Source: Phoronis australis
Taxonomy: Eukaryota; Animalia; Phoronida
NCBI GenBank assembly: GCA_002633005.1
Contig: NMRA01000345.1
Coordinates: forward strand, 62,001 to 126,000
Direction of reading: 5' to 3'
DNA: 64,000 nucleotides
Below are positions 22,671 through 37,045 of the stretch, piece after piece; within the stretch, counting starts at the first letter, position 1, and the number at the start of each line of letters is the position of its first letter. The notes beneath the pieces are model-generated. The model was not told where the DNA came from. It ran no database searches and was given only the letters and a program-made list of their open reading frames with translations. Both the position numbers and the translations under genes were made by a program.

Positions 22671-25386
22671 GCGAGCTTTAATAGCAACTGCAAAGGGATA
22701 CGTTTTAAATCGTTGACAAAGGATATGTCACTCCGGTGATCATTCCTTTTTGTCTGTTGCGTGACAATAGTAGATATTTGAGCTACCTTGCCCAAAGTAC
22801 CCTGATATTTTTTCCTATTTTCACTAAAATAGTAAACGAAGGAACAACAATAAAATTGTTACTATGCCGACATATGAGCTCGACTCCCTTGCATCCTCGA
22901 GTGTTGTAATGGTTACCATGGTTACCGGTCATATCTTTAGCATTCATGTAGGAACATGAACTCCATTCACATCGACTCTTTAGTTTCCTGCCGTTCAAAC
23001 CGTGCGCTCTAAATAGGTTCGACTTCATTTAGTTCATTTTTGTTTCTAATTAAAATGGTTTTATTAATGTTTTTATAGAAACAAAACAAAGAAGCACAGG
23101 GAACTTAACTTCGGTAACTGTAAAATGCCTCTATGTAGAGATAGAAAGTCGTCGAGAGAACCAGTGAATTATCAATAGAACCCCGACATTGATATTCGCA
23201 ATGTCTTTATCGACAAGCACAAGTCAATCTTCCAGTCTATCGATATCCCGGCTCACTACCCTGTAGCTCATCGATCGGTTCATTAATTCTGTCCATAGAC
23301 TTGCTTCATACTTTACTGCCGGTAACTGTCAAAATGTCTTGTGCCGTCGTTCTGCCGTATTTTACATCAAACATAAAATCTAAGTAAAGCAGGGCGCTAC
23401 CGTATTACATAGCGACACTTAAATATCGCGATATTTACCCACAATGCTACAGTGCTTCCAATACCAGCGGAATTTTACTGTTATAATGTGTGTTGCAACT
23501 CTGACGGCTGAAACTTGAATGAACTTGGGAAATTTCAATTTATGAGTCGTCCCGAACAGCAGATAACACACTCCACAACTACTGAGGCGGGGAGTGAGAT
23601 CAGAATGGCGTATCCCAATCTGGTTTCTAGAACTTAATGCAAACCCCTTTTTCATACTGGACTAAGGTAGAGTGAAACAGGAAATAGGGATTCACAAAAT
23701 AATGATTTTTGCGTGCCCCTTGATTTCGGTTCCACGCTTACAGAAGAAGGCTGAAGCAACGATGCCTTGAGTGTGAGTTTCACGATAAGCTGTTCTGAGC
23801 GCTTGATATGGATATTTTTACCTTTGAGACGAGGCATTGTGCATAATGCAGGACGCGAACCGTGGATGTAAACATACCAGTACTTTGCTATGAATTATAA
23901 ATCATGCAACAGTTCACGCTACATTTCGCCTTGTTTAAATGGCTAAAACGAAAATTGAGTTAGCCATTTTTTTTCGGTCTCACAATATTCTTTATCACGG
24001 ACTCAATTTTCGTTACCTCAAAAACATCGAAACTATAAGTGACTCAAGAAAACACTGCAAAAGTTTATTGAGGTTGGCAAACCCTTAAACTATGAAATCG
24101 AACATGTCACATAAACAGATTGACAATGATTTGAAACAGAAACCTCTTGCGTTTTTTAGCCAGTTCGGCAAGGCCGAAATGAAAATTATTTTCCTCTTGT
24201 AATAAGATTTCACAATAAAGAGGTTCTGCTCGTGACTGCGACTGGATGCCAGGTTGTACGTGGGAAGGTTGGGATAGCGAATGATGCAAATTCTACTTAG
24301 GAGACTCAGAGTCCAGCTGCAAGTAGTATAGCGAGGCTACATAAAGTGTCCATGAAGACTCGTGTGAACAAACAAAATGTTACTGCGTAATGCAATCCTT
24401 GAACACGACAGTTGTGAATAGTGAATACAGCCACAATAGCAACCCTCACATTGCACTTTTATTCGATGCCATACTTGGGAGCGTAGGCGTATTTAACCTT
24501 CATAGTCGGAGGGGGAGTGAAGAATTTGCCCGAAGTCTATATTATTTTGTCTGAAGCTATTTCTCCGGTTTTGCACGTCGAAGTTGGGATCAACTACCCC
24601 CTTCCCTCTAACTAACTCTGTCAATTGCACAAAATTGTACAGTTGCACATGAACAAGTTTCTGGCACGATAAAGACTTAAAAATCACCAGATTTCTTGTC
24701 AGTTGTGTAATTTTCACTTTAGGCAATCTTCCAAAGCTATGCGTCACACTGCATCTTCTCACGTGAATGCCAAGTGTTATAATGCATTACGACAGTATAC
24801 ATTTACCCAATATTGTAAATTGTGTTATGCCCAAATCTCATGAATGTTTCATTTAGTAAACACGGACGACTATAGTGATTATTTCTTTCAATGGTATTAT
24901 TCTGCTCTGTTTTTATGTGTAGAACAACTATTTGTCGTCATGTACTCTCGTTTAAAGGTACGTTGACCGTTGTTAAGGTAATATAACTATTACCCTGGTA
25001 CATCCCGTTTGCACAGTTGTGAATGGCGAATGATTTGAATAAATTTTGTGACGGTGGCAAAATATCCGACTCTAGAGAAAAGCCACGTAAACACTAACAC
25101 TGGTTTTCTGTGGTTAAACTGTTGTAAGAATAGAGTTCATATATGTAGGTGTTATGTTGGGGCTTATTATACGTTACTTTGAAGTTAACTCTTTCTGATA
25201 AAATTTTCATGTTTAATATTGAACTGCACCATTGTAAATATTCCATCGCGGCTGTTCAAAAACGTCGTTGTCTTTTTTAATTAATCCAACTATAAACCGC
25301 GTTCCGTCCAAGAAGCCAACTTAAGGTAATAACTTGTTCCTTTCTCTGATGAGAAGTAATATCTGTGTTTGCAAACAACTGACAGT

Positions 25387-25452
25387 TCGGTATCCCTTGA
25401 CACGTCATCACAAGCCAACTCGGTATCCCTTGACACGTCATCACAAGCCAAC
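25387..25452. repeat. 33-bp perfect tandem duplication
   Basis: TCGGTATCCCTTGACACGTCATCACAAGCCAAC x2. Confidence 0.92.
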
Positions 25453-25486
25453 TTATAGAGCCTTGTCTCAAGTACCAGCGAACCGT

Positions 25487-25629
25487 CAGTTCTTTCGGAG
25501 GGCAATAGTCTGATACAACGTGCCTGTATTTCGAGAACAGAACCAGTTTAATGCCCGTTCTTCAGTGAAGAAAACTGGTTCTCAAAATTCGGGCACGTTA
25601 TATTAGACCATCACCTTTTCGAAGCACTG
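25487..25629. repeat. ~140-bp imperfect palindrome (foldback/MITE)
   Basis: Arms CAGTTCTTTCGG..AACGTGCC..AGAACCAGTTT and AAACTGGTTCT..GGCACGTT..CGAAGCACTG. Confidence 0.75.
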
Positions 25630-25731
25630 AATTCAACTCCCTATAAGGAAAATTTTTAGAACAGTTTCATAACCGTAAGAGGTCTAAATCAAAAGTTGCT
25701 TTTCGTGATGAAAGGCTGGTGTATTGCCGCT

Positions 25732-26248
25732 TTAAGGTTGATATGTAAAACCCTATAAAAATTGGCAAAAATTTGTCAAACTTCGGAACATCATATCTCA
25801 GAAACGCCAGACCGGATTCATATAAAACTTTCGGATAGAATGCTTTATACACTATTCTCAAAAACATTGTTGGGAATTTTTTTAACAATATTCCACTTTT
25901 GCGTGAGGAGCTATCTTAAATAGTACTTTTATGATTTTCATAAAAAATCTTTCTTTTAGAAAACCGTAACAGCCTCTTTGATATCTCACCATAAACATTT
26001 ATATCAAATAAAATTTCATCGTGTGATTGACACCGTTGTTTTGCTATCAATGTGCTTTTTTGCTAAATTTTACTAAAAAGGCATGGCCACGTGACCCAAT
26101 TAATAACAGTTTGCTAAAAAGTCAAAAATCCAATTCCGCGGCCTTTCTACATTCAGAAAATATTAACTTTTACCGAGTTAAAATTTTTACTTTCCAAGAT
26201 TTTTTGTTAATGCAGACTTGACGATAGGGTCCTAATACGTAACCTCAA
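25732..26248 (+). mobile_element. Non-autonomous DNA transposon, Kolobok-like ends
   Basis: TTAAGGTT...AACCTCAA termini; homology to 18300-18820, 33027-33470 and an inverted copy near 59790-60190. Confidence 0.7.
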
Positions 26249-29200
26249 GTTTTGTAGCCGTTTTGGGCCTAAACTTTTCGATGTCTTTTACAAACCATAC
26301 GATAAGTATGAAACTGCAATACCACTTAATATGCTGTATTCATCTAAGACAAAAATCCAAACAAACAACGTGCTTATTTGTGGCGTAACACAATTTCGGG
26401 ACTCAAAGAAACGGCGACATTGGTTGCGTAATGGTAAATGCGAATACTATTAAAGGGCTGTTGTGAATGTTACTTACATTGTATTTCGTTATTCGTAGAA
26501 AAGGCTTGGGCGTTTCATACATGTACTTGGCTTTACAGGTTACATTATTTAACATGTGTGTGCTCCTTATTTGGATAAGAATCAATAAGAACGGTATTAG
26601 ACCCAACTGCAAACACATTGGGCGCATACACGCGTCTCCACCCGTCTACTTATGTGGAATATTAGGAAAGATGAAAATTTGTGCTTTCATGAAAAGTGTG
26701 CGACATAAAACTCGGGGACTTTTCGAATACAGTGTATCAAGNAGCTTACTATATGTATGTGAATGTGCGAAACGCTTGTTATCTCGGCAATCAGTCTCTT
26801 TTGTGTTATTGTGTATTGTACTTATCGACGGGTACTCTGTTTATCTCAATACTCATGTCGTTTGTCGAGCGTCGTGTTGGGCAATTCTATACGTGTAGAT
26901 GCACACGTTCTGAGCAGTGGTTAGAATGCGAGAGGTGGGGCGTGGGATGAAAGTATTGATCATGATTCGCATTTTATTATTTTCCACTTTCAGTCTCATA
27001 AATCCATGTTTTCATTAAATTCTTTCATTTTATTAGTTCAGATGAACAACGACAAGGGTGTGGGATTACCTTGCCTTACTTTACAATCACAATTAGTTTG
27101 TAGAAGATTTTACTAAAGTAACGTACACTAGAGAGAGAGAGAGATGAAAAAATTGCAGTTTTACATGGTAATTTATAAATGTTTTTCTCGGGACAGTCAT
27201 ACAGATCTAACTTTTCATTGTATAGTTAAATTTGTAGGTTTACACTGAGGCGTTGTTTACATAAGTCGAATTTGCAGACATAAACTCATTTTTGCACCGG
27301 GTTGTTTCTACATCTGTTGCCAAATAGAACCGTAACTTTATTGTTAGCCAGAGAGATGTTGGTTTAATTGTTGACCCAGTTCTCAGACTCTATAACAATC
27401 CTAACAGAGGTCTGAAATTGAACCTTTTTCCAAAAGCCTTCGAACGACAACAAAATCTCGTCCTCGCCAAATAATATTGATGTCCATGAAATTCTCTTAA
27501 ATTTTAACGATTTTCTGTTCCCTATTATTTCAAGACGTCTATGGTTATGCAAATTGTTATAGGCTTTGGTTCAGGTGGACGAATTCAAGTATTAAAGAAA
27601 ATGTACACACATAATACGCAAAACATCAGAAAAGTTTAAGAAATGCAAATTAAAGTGAGTAAATTAGTCAAACAATTTTCAATCCTCAGTCTTTTTGCAA
27701 TATGAAACATTCAGAAATTCTATTTAAATCGTCAATCGATGGTATTGGGTTGCAGAGATCAATAAGTGGTAAGTGGTAAATTCCAATGCAACATTCAATA
27801 TGTTCTTCACCCAACACATGAGAAAATTACGTCTACCTTTTCTTGTCGATGGTTGGAGATCCGATTCCGTTACTGTACATTTTCAGTACTAAATAAACAT
27901 ACTCTTAATCAAAGCGGGTGTGTACATTTTCAATAATTATTCACAGTTAGACAATTTGTTATTCATGAATTTGTTTGAATGTACTTAATAGCTTTTTGAA
28001 GGCTGTTGTGACTATTCGCCTGAATCAAAATAACAAGAAACAGCCATACGCACATTACAATACGCAGGCATATAAAAGTTCTTTTTCGACGTCAGGTCAG
28101 AACACAGAATTGTCCAAGGCGTGGACCGATAGGGCAAATGAAACGGACAAAGGGTGCTTGTTGCCGTTGGAGCTTCTTTGTTCGCATAAGGCCAGATAAA
28201 CGTTTGTGTTTTAACAAGCAAATATTGGTTTGAACAAACTGCGACTGTAAACTAACACGATTAAATATTCCGAACAAAGGTGGTCATTTTTAAGCATTCC
28301 TGATCACAGTGTATTCTTTCATAATTTCTCATACCACGAGCTTATCTGGCGTGTTTGTGTGAAGCTGCGTCTATATCCGAAATTAGTTTCACGTGCATAA
28401 AATGTGGAACACTTGAGTCGAAAGCAAAGAGAAAATTTTGAAGATATTAAAGAGTAAAACTTAATAGATAAAGTGCATCAGTGTAGAATAGTTAGCGTGA
28501 CTCTGAATGTTCTTTCCCAAAACATGGTCATGTGATCCAATCACCGGCAGACAAGTGTAATATCCAAAAAGAAATTCTCAACACTTGAGATTTCAAAAAA
28601 CGTAGGTATAGTTTGCTTAGTTTAAAGCCCTGTAATTGTGATGAACTGCCTAGGCAAACATGCTGAATTGTTTGCCGATCGAGTAAAGTCGAACGCGCTC
28701 ATCTGGCTGGCGGATTAAGGACGTCGCAAGCCATCATCTGCATCAGTGGCGCTCGTTGGTTTTACAAACTGTCAATGTTATTGGGCTCCAGCATCACTGA
28801 GGTTTGATAAAGTTCAAAGATCATTGAGTTTATGTGTTTAGCAACTGATTGAGTAAACCGGCGTCACAAATGACCGCCACTCCAGGTCAGTCATGTTTAC
28901 ACAAACACACACTTGCGCCCGATCAGCTCTCCCGTTGCTCTGTGACAACTGTCTCCCGTGAAATTAAATGCTGTTTTTGAGATGTACACGATCTAAAAAC
29001 GGTTTTGTATCAGGTTAACACCGGATTGAGTTTTCCTTTAACCATTTGATAAACAGGCAGGGGTGGATTAACATTCATTGTTGTACACGGATTTTCTCCA
29101 ACCTACACTGTACACGTTTGCGCGTCTGCTGCAAGGCATTACCGTATAGTTTCGAAGTAGCCCGACTCACTCTTAGAGTAAGCAAATTTATCAGAGTCTG

Positions 29201-32200
29201 AGTAACCTAAGGAAAAAGTTAAAATTCAGAAGTTTTAAAATTTGTTCGAGACGTGTGGCTGATATGGATTCCGGCTTAAACACTGCAGCCGCAAACCGTG
29301 GAAATTAAATTACACTTACGCCTCACGGTTTTGGCGGAAGGTGTCACTTTGCTTGGCAGCGTTCCCAAGTCGAAATTTTCTCTCCTTTTGATACGATTAG
29401 GTTGCAGTTTCGAGTCTTATATAAGGGAACCAAAAGGAACCCTCTCGAGAAACAATTTTAATAAACGTCATGAAAGAAGTCCATCGGCTAATTTTTGATA
29501 CAGTCTCTATGACCTCACGAGTCCTGTCCAAAAGTTACAACGTGAAGTTACTGCTTTCAATTCATTTGATCGAGGACCACTTATGAAATAAACATGGGCC
29601 ACAGGATTTTCAAAAGGTATCGTGTAAATTCGATGGTATACAGTGAGCATGTACATACAGCGCATTAATTTGAGGAAAATAATCTTTCGTATTTTATACT
29701 GTAATGGTAAGCAATCGTGACTTTTCAATATTAATGGAAGGTTCTGTGAACCACACGTACTGCAGAAATGTAATTTAGTTATGAATATCCGTCTGTGCAT
29801 AAACTAATAGCTGTTTGAAATTACTGCATGCGCATGCGCGTCGTCAATCCTTTGTAGTTGTAATTGATATGTTGCGTGTTGTGGTCCGATGGCCCAAGTA
29901 TGAATAAAAGATTAGACTAAAATTTCCCATCACAAACGATTTGGCCTTCCTCACCCTTTCCAAGAAGAGAGTACATGACCGGTAGGTCAAGCGACACAAA
30001 ATAACAATGCCTGACTGACACCTGGCGTTGATTGATTAGACTTCTCATTGTTTGGTTGTAATTTTAACACGGGCAGGCGTGTAGCGAAAGTATTAAGTTT
30101 ATTAAGTACGACACAGACGTTTCATGACCTCATCAATCTTGACCAGAGATTAATGACTGAGAAGCACAAAACAGGATCGTCAATTTGTTTTATAATGATG
30201 GCGAAAAAACTCTTTAGGCACACCCTTCTCTGTACCATAGCAACAGCGAATTGCATTCATTCAGTTCTTGTAAAATTCTGCAAAACTATTTCATCTTAAC
30301 CGACATAGATTATGGTATGACACAAAGTTAAAATTGAAGCTGTAGCGGAAATTCAAAAAGACCGTTCCGATTCCCTCATGTAAATTTCTGGTATAAAAAC
30401 TTGCCCTCGATTTACAAGAATAATTTGTTTTCAGTAACCAGAACCATAACTTATTGAAACTAACTCAACTGCCATAATTCATAAATGGTGTCACTGCCAA
30501 ACATGAGAGTTGTCCTATGAAAACCTTTACTTAAGCATCAACGATTCAAAAGCAAAACAAAAAACATTATCGAATGATTAATATTTTGTGAAAAACAAAA
30601 ACAAAACAATAAATGGGCTTCATGTCCTATTAACTATCGTTCTCATTCTCGTACTAAGCCTCCACTGTTGCTCATGGGGAGTGTTTATGAGTAAGGTCCG
30701 GGTCCTAATCTTCGAAATCGTCCTCAACTCAGACTCAGATTCGAAATGCAAGTTTACTCGACGCGTCGCATATAATTGGTTAATTTTTGAGTCGAGTTTC
30801 TAATACAGAGCAGCCCAAACACAGAAGTACTTTTTTGCTTGATTACCTATTCTCACAATAGATGGCAATGTATGCTACTTCTCTTTTCGTCCTGAATGAC
30901 GGCTGAATATACATGTAAACTGACATTTACAAATGGATATACTGAGCCTTGTTTCGGAGATTTCATTCAAAATTCATCCAGTTGATAGGTTAAGTGATAG
31001 TGTGAACGATATAGCAAAATAGAAAACAAAATTTCAACTTACTCTAAACTTTTGAGGTTGATGAAAGAAACATCGCATAATTTTCAGTGATCAATGTATT
31101 CTCACTTTTACATGTTGCATCAGAAATGTTAAAACAAATTTAGATGGAAACTTTTCCAGTAATCTTCGTTGTGAACAGACCAACTTTGATCCCCTCCTCT
31201 CAATGACAAACCATAGCTGTTGATTCTAGGTTTTACAGAGAGAGGGAATCATTCTTATTTTTAAAACATATAAAAGCATACATTGTTATATGACTGGGTG
31301 GCCAGCAAACGAAGGGCCACTAATAGTTTTGATTTATAGTTTCGCGCGGTTTTGTCGTAGATCTTTCAGTTGCTCTCGATTTGAATAACTGTGTTAAATT
31401 CTTATTGTTCTAAGACTTCAAGTAAAGATTCCGATGACAGTCAACCAGGCAATTGTTACGCTGGCTTAACACTTTTAAAGGCTTCAGTACAAAGATCAAT
31501 GATTTTGTTATATCAAGTTCTGGGGATGAGAGATTAGTACCATCCCGAGAGGTAGCGGGTTTTCACGTCTCCGTATCAAGCTACTACGTGTAGTGGGGTT
31601 CGACTGAGTTAAGGTCACATGGAAAATAGATGTCGCGTTTGTCAGCAATGTACTTCACTTGTTAACACTAATGTATTTGCTAGTCACCTCGTATGTTTGA
31701 TGTTAACTGCCCTGAGGCAGTCTTACATAAAGAAGGTGTGTGGGACGTGCCGTCCAGAAGGGTGACTCTTCACAACCAGCTACAGGAGGTTTTTAATATT
31801 ATCTATATCCTTAAAACTTCTGTTACAAAGATATACTTATTTTTGACTGCATGACGGCTGTTTAAGACTCCCCACGAACTGAAAGGGTTAGGCATGGAAT
31901 CAACATCGTAAATGGTAGTGTTTTCGGAATAAGCCCCTACAAGGGAAGGTCCCCACAAATGAGTCCCCTTTTCGTGTCCGCTCTCGAAATGGATGGCCCT
32001 TAATTATCCATCTGTAATACCCCGTCAACAGTATAGTTGAGTCCCCTTGGTTTAAGAGTAGTATTAAGTGTACTTCAGCGGTCGTTACGATTTGAGGTGA
32101 GGCACGGTTCTGTCTAAATAACTGCCAGGTAAAAAATTTCCGAGCCAGGAAATGAAATTCAGATAAACAAGCAATTTTAGGGAACCAACAACGATCAGAA

Positions 32201-33026
32201 GTGTTTTGCGTTTTGGCACTAAAACTCTTTTTTTTTCTAAATCAAATCATAGACGTCAGTGACGGAAATGCCTAAAAATTAACCCATTAATTTAAAATGC
32301 CAGTGGGTGATGGATGTCAAGAGGTGCTGCTGGTATTTCGTACATTCTTTTCCGTTTTATTCCTATGTCTAGATCACAATGAAGAAATGGTGATTTCACA
32401 AAGAGACAAATCCCTCTTCTTGTACAAACGCCGAGGCGATACTTATTAATGTTTAGTATCACAAATGCCTGTATTATTTTTATTCTTTCTTTACGATTGA
32501 TTATACTGCAATTCACGACAAAACTTATTAAACTTTAAAATGACTCCTCAAATTCTGAATATATACTTCAGCTGCTTACGGAAGTTGAAAAATCGTAACA
32601 GCAAAAATTTCAGGTTTTCTTTATCCTGACAGCCTCCGACGATCCACAGTTGGAAACATAAAGGTTGTGTATGAATTTTGAAGATGCATTTCATTGCAAC
32701 GACGAAGCAATAATTGAGTGGGACCTTTTCATAATTATGATAATCGTATAAAGACAGTAGCAATAACATTACTAACAACCACAGTAATGGAAACAATATC
32801 GATAATAATTACAATTATAATCATAATTTTTAGGGAAGGTGTTTGTAATAGTAGTAAAAGCAGTAATAACAATAGAAATGTTTAGTTTTTGAAATATCTC
32901 AGTATTAATGATTTCCGTCATTTATAATCCATCTACATTAAGATAGGCAGTTGGAGATGACGACACACTCTTGTCTAAGTGCGTTGTCGTAACAAGGACG
33001 TTGCCTCGAATCACATAATTCCATTG

Positions 33027-33470
33027 TGAGGTTGTGTAGAATCCTCGAAAAATGGCCAAATTTGGAAAATTTCGAAACGCCACATCTCAGAAATGGCTGC
33101 TTGAGTTCATATAAAACTTTCATACAAGACGCTTATATGGACTGTTCTCTAAAACGTTCGTTCGAAGGGCTATCGAAAATTAGGGGGTTTGTTTTCATAA
33201 AAAATCTAGAGCTGCTTTTTCCGTTTCTTCTTGAACATTTACACATTTATGTCGAACGAAATTTGGCCATGTTATTGATACCGCTGTTTTGCTACGGATG
33301 CACCTAAAAAGATATGGTCACGTGACTTTCTTAATAGCAGATTGGTAAAAAGTCAAAAATCAAATTTACGGGCTCTACACTTTAAACAAATACTTTAATT
33401 ACGACGTGAAAATCTATAGTTTTGTATGTATTTGGCTAAATACACGGACAAGTGGTCCTGCGTGGCCTTA
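33027..33470 (+). mobile_element. Further copy of the same family
   Basis: GAGGTTG...GGCCTTAA ends; CATCTCAGAAA..TCATATAAAACTTTC and TGGTCACGTGAC..AAAAAGTCAAAAATC blocks shared with 25732-26248. Confidence 0.7.
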
Positions 33471-33615
33471 ACTCCTCGGTGTTTTGCCATAAAGAGATAA
33501 AGGATTAAAGATATGTTCAGCGTGAATGGTGAAAGTTGCGTTAAACTATTGGCGTGGCGCGAAGTTCAATCTCATCGTGACAAAATGTAAAAACATGCAC
33601 AAAACGTAACGAGAG

Positions 33616-33728
33616 TGGCGTAGATGAAGTATTGTACCACTCGACATTATTCCGCGTGTCTACCGAGACTGGAGGCCGAGGACGATACGCGGAATAATGT
33701 CGAGAGGTATATTACTTCATCTACGCCA
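33616..33728. repeat. Near-perfect inverted repeat, ~42-bp arms
   Basis: TGGCGTAGATGAAGTATTGTACCACTCGACATTATTCCGCGT ... ACGCGGAATAATGTCGAGAGGTATATTACTTCATCTACGCCA. Confidence 0.92.
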
Positions 33729-36700
33729 ATCGAGGTTCATTTTGTATTTATCCCATAGGCATCGAATTCCTGAGTTTCTTTCATTTTTTCGGCAGATTTT
33801 TAAGTTCTTCACCCAGACTGTTCACGTGGCCGATCACATCCTACATGTACATACTTGCGCGTTAGCTTACAAGTTTTCTCTGGTGCAAGAAACTGTTTCA
33901 AATGTAACGATTTATTACTTGGAAAAAGACAAAAAGATGAAAACAATAGTAACTGTGCATTAAACTTGTAAAATCTCTTGAAAATAGTAAAATAACAACA
34001 ATACTGGATACTGTAGTTACCGAGGAATCGGCGCCTGAGTTGCAGACGATATATTTAGCAATTGAAAACTGAGACAGAAGTGTCTTTTAATTAACAGTTT
34101 TGTTCCAGATGTTACGTTTGGGCCCTGATTGTTGTCATTCATACTGCTGCAATTGTATTACTTCAAACTTTTTTGGGAAAGTTTGATGATCGAACCGGCT
34201 AAAGAAGTCGAGTCGAGTTTGACCTACCTTTTGAAAATTCCATGTCAGAGGTCAATGTTGAAGTAGTTCAGGAGGAGAATACGGAAAGCAATATCACATG
34301 GCTGTATTGCACTCGAATGATTCAACGCGTATAAAAGTTATTACACTTTACAGTCGTTGAAAATGCACTGTCTGACAAAAACGAAAAAGTACTAAACGAA
34401 AATTTAAGAAGCACTATTTTCAAGTTTCTTGTCATTCTACTGTTCATCCGCTTTCACACTGATCTCACCTAGACTGTGTGTCGTTGCAGTTTGGTGTTAT
34501 TTTCTACTGTCATTGTTCTAACGTTCGGAAAACATCACTGGTTTTCGTTTAATTCATACTTTAGTGGCTGTAATTTATTTTGTCCGCTTGTTTATTATTC
34601 TTAAACTGGCCATTGTTCTCGTCCATGATGTTAGTCACTCTAACTTACTTTCCAAATTGGCCTTCTTTTATTTTTAGAAAGAAATAAATGTCATCTAACC
34701 AGACACATCTAGTGCATAAGCCGAAATATTTCACAGCAAGCGTAAAAGTTGAGAAAATTCGTAACTATTTAGCTCGATCATTTCTTCAAAAGTTATGAAA
34801 CTTCACTAAAATTTTATTCATTTCCAGTAAAGGCAATCAATCTTTAAAAATTGAAAAATGGTAAGTAGGCACACTTTGGCTAAGTAAATAGCCGAGGAAT
34901 TACCGTTAACATTTGTGACATTTAACTTTCTCATAAAAATGTAAAATGTAGGACGGCAAAAAACTCATGACAGAGTATGTGTCTGAACTTCGAATCTGCG
35001 CCCGTGGAGCCTAAACTTTACTTTATTCGAGACTCTGCGCATTACGTAAAATTAGAAAATTCACTCGAAGAAAGTGGTACAATCCGTTAACGAGTTTTCG
35101 AATCGAGTCTCGAGAAGGTGGTTCAAAGATGGGAGTATGTTCAACCAGGGATTCAAATTCATGTATAGTTCCGCCCCCCTCTTGCCCTGCCACCACCTCG
35201 CCCTTGCCCACAGTGCTTGCCTCACGACAGGTAATGTAGTCGGTGACATTTAGCAGTTTCACACCTGTTCGAGTTCCCATAAAGTGATTCATTATAAAGT
35301 TATGTTATTATATTGCAAATTATCCGTTTTTATGGTGATTCCAAATTAAAGTATTATCTCGCTATCTCCGACGTGTACTTCTCATGTTTTCTTAAAAAGC
35401 TGCACCAGTATCGACTTCACACGTCGCACTGATCATTTCAAAAGCATTTCCATTTACCGTGTCCTCAAAGCTAGCACAGGGGGTGGTTAGTATTTCAATC
35501 GTTTAAAAGTTAATAGTATAGACAGCGATAAAATTACAACGTCAATAGTATAAAACATATTTTAATATGTTTTATACAGATTAAAACTGTTTATGTTGTG
35601 ATAAGATCGATTATTCAAAGCTTTGGGAAGTTACAACAAATATCATTTGTCACCCTATTTGCAGTTTATAAATAGCGTGAATATTTATTAGCTATATTCA
35701 TAATATCGCTGCGGTGACCTTTGGCAGTCCTGACACTGCCGTGAGAAAATATGTCCCTTCGGTGAAGTTGTCGTTGAACCATGAAGCTAAAGGTCATTGC
35801 ATGCAATAATTGCAATCCCAAAATCTGGTATCTGTGGTAACGAAAGCTATTTACGTCTTCCAAAGTGCAGTATTTATTCATTTATGCATCTTCATCGGGC
35901 CGATGAAGTGACCGACGATGATGTGACGGCCAAGTGACAAAATGTCATCGTGTACAACAACAGACAAAATAAACATTTTAATACTATTTTTGATGTTCAA
36001 TAATATGCTGTTTTGTCTTCGAAATAGCAGCCGTCATGGTTAACGTTTTACTAGACTGGTCGATAACACGAGAAATGAATAAATACATAAATTTTTGAAT
36101 GAATACATTTTGCACACTCAGAGAGAAAGTTGTATAATAGTTAAACAACATGTCCGATGAACTCTAACGTGGATAAGAGTTTGCTCTATTGTAAGTACTT
36201 GAAGTTGCTACGAATCACCTTAGTGCCAAAAATCATTTCTGATTTAGACTACTTGCCCATATACAACTGATGACACCTAGTTCTTTCTCAGACATGAAGT
36301 TTGGTACATAAACTGACCCTCCGTGACCAGCTAACTCATTGAGCTTGGTATCAAGCAATAGCAAACTGCCAGAAATCGCCTATAATTGGAGTAAGGAGCA
36401 AGTAGACTCCGATTTCAAGTGGTTTAAAAATTGTTTTTTGACCTCAAGGAGTTTATAGCAACACTCATTAGGTCAAGCCGAAGTTGCACGAATAAATCAA
36501 ATTTGGGGACATCCGGAACACCTCGGGTATCTTCGTAGTCTCTAATCACTCGGAGCATTTTGAACACCTCGAATATTTTCGTAATTTCAACTTTCCCATC
36601 GAAGGCCAACCTTATCTGCCCATGTGCGAACCAGCTTGGTGGATACCATGATTTCTAAACGTCTGTTGTCCAAATTCATTTGTTGTTCGGATGGACGTAC

Positions 36701-36846
36701 GTGAATATGAACTGAACACCTCCGAGTGATAATTTGAGGCTAAGGAAATACCCGAGATGTTCTGGATAATTCAGAGAGTGGAAACGAACCCATAACCGCG
36801 CCTTTCAACTACAGTCCTCTAAAGTTCAATCCCGTAGAAGGTAGTG

Positions 36847-37045
36847 AACCCGCGGTACCTGTACATTTCCCAGACCCGCGCCCCTAAACTCCACACACGC
36901 GCCGAAAATACTCCATACCCGGTGACCAAGCCCCAGACCGGTGACCGAGCCAGACTGACATCGCTGGGACTCGTCGCTGGGACTCGCCCCTGGGATTGGT
37001 CTCCGTTATTAGAGCCGTTCCGGGGAGGAGTTTGTACCGCGGGTT
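36847..37045. mobile_element. GC-rich repeat related to 39643-39970
   Basis: AACCCGCGGTAC/GTACCGCGGGTT inverted ends; CCCAGACCCGCGCCCCTAAACTCCACACACGCGCCGAAAATACTCC matches reverse complement of ~39915-39965. Confidence 0.65.

Noticed and set aside
23130-23300. ATCGAT-rich tracts (also 44140-44325)
   Set aside because: Look like degenerate repeat-derived sequence; no definable unit or boundaries.
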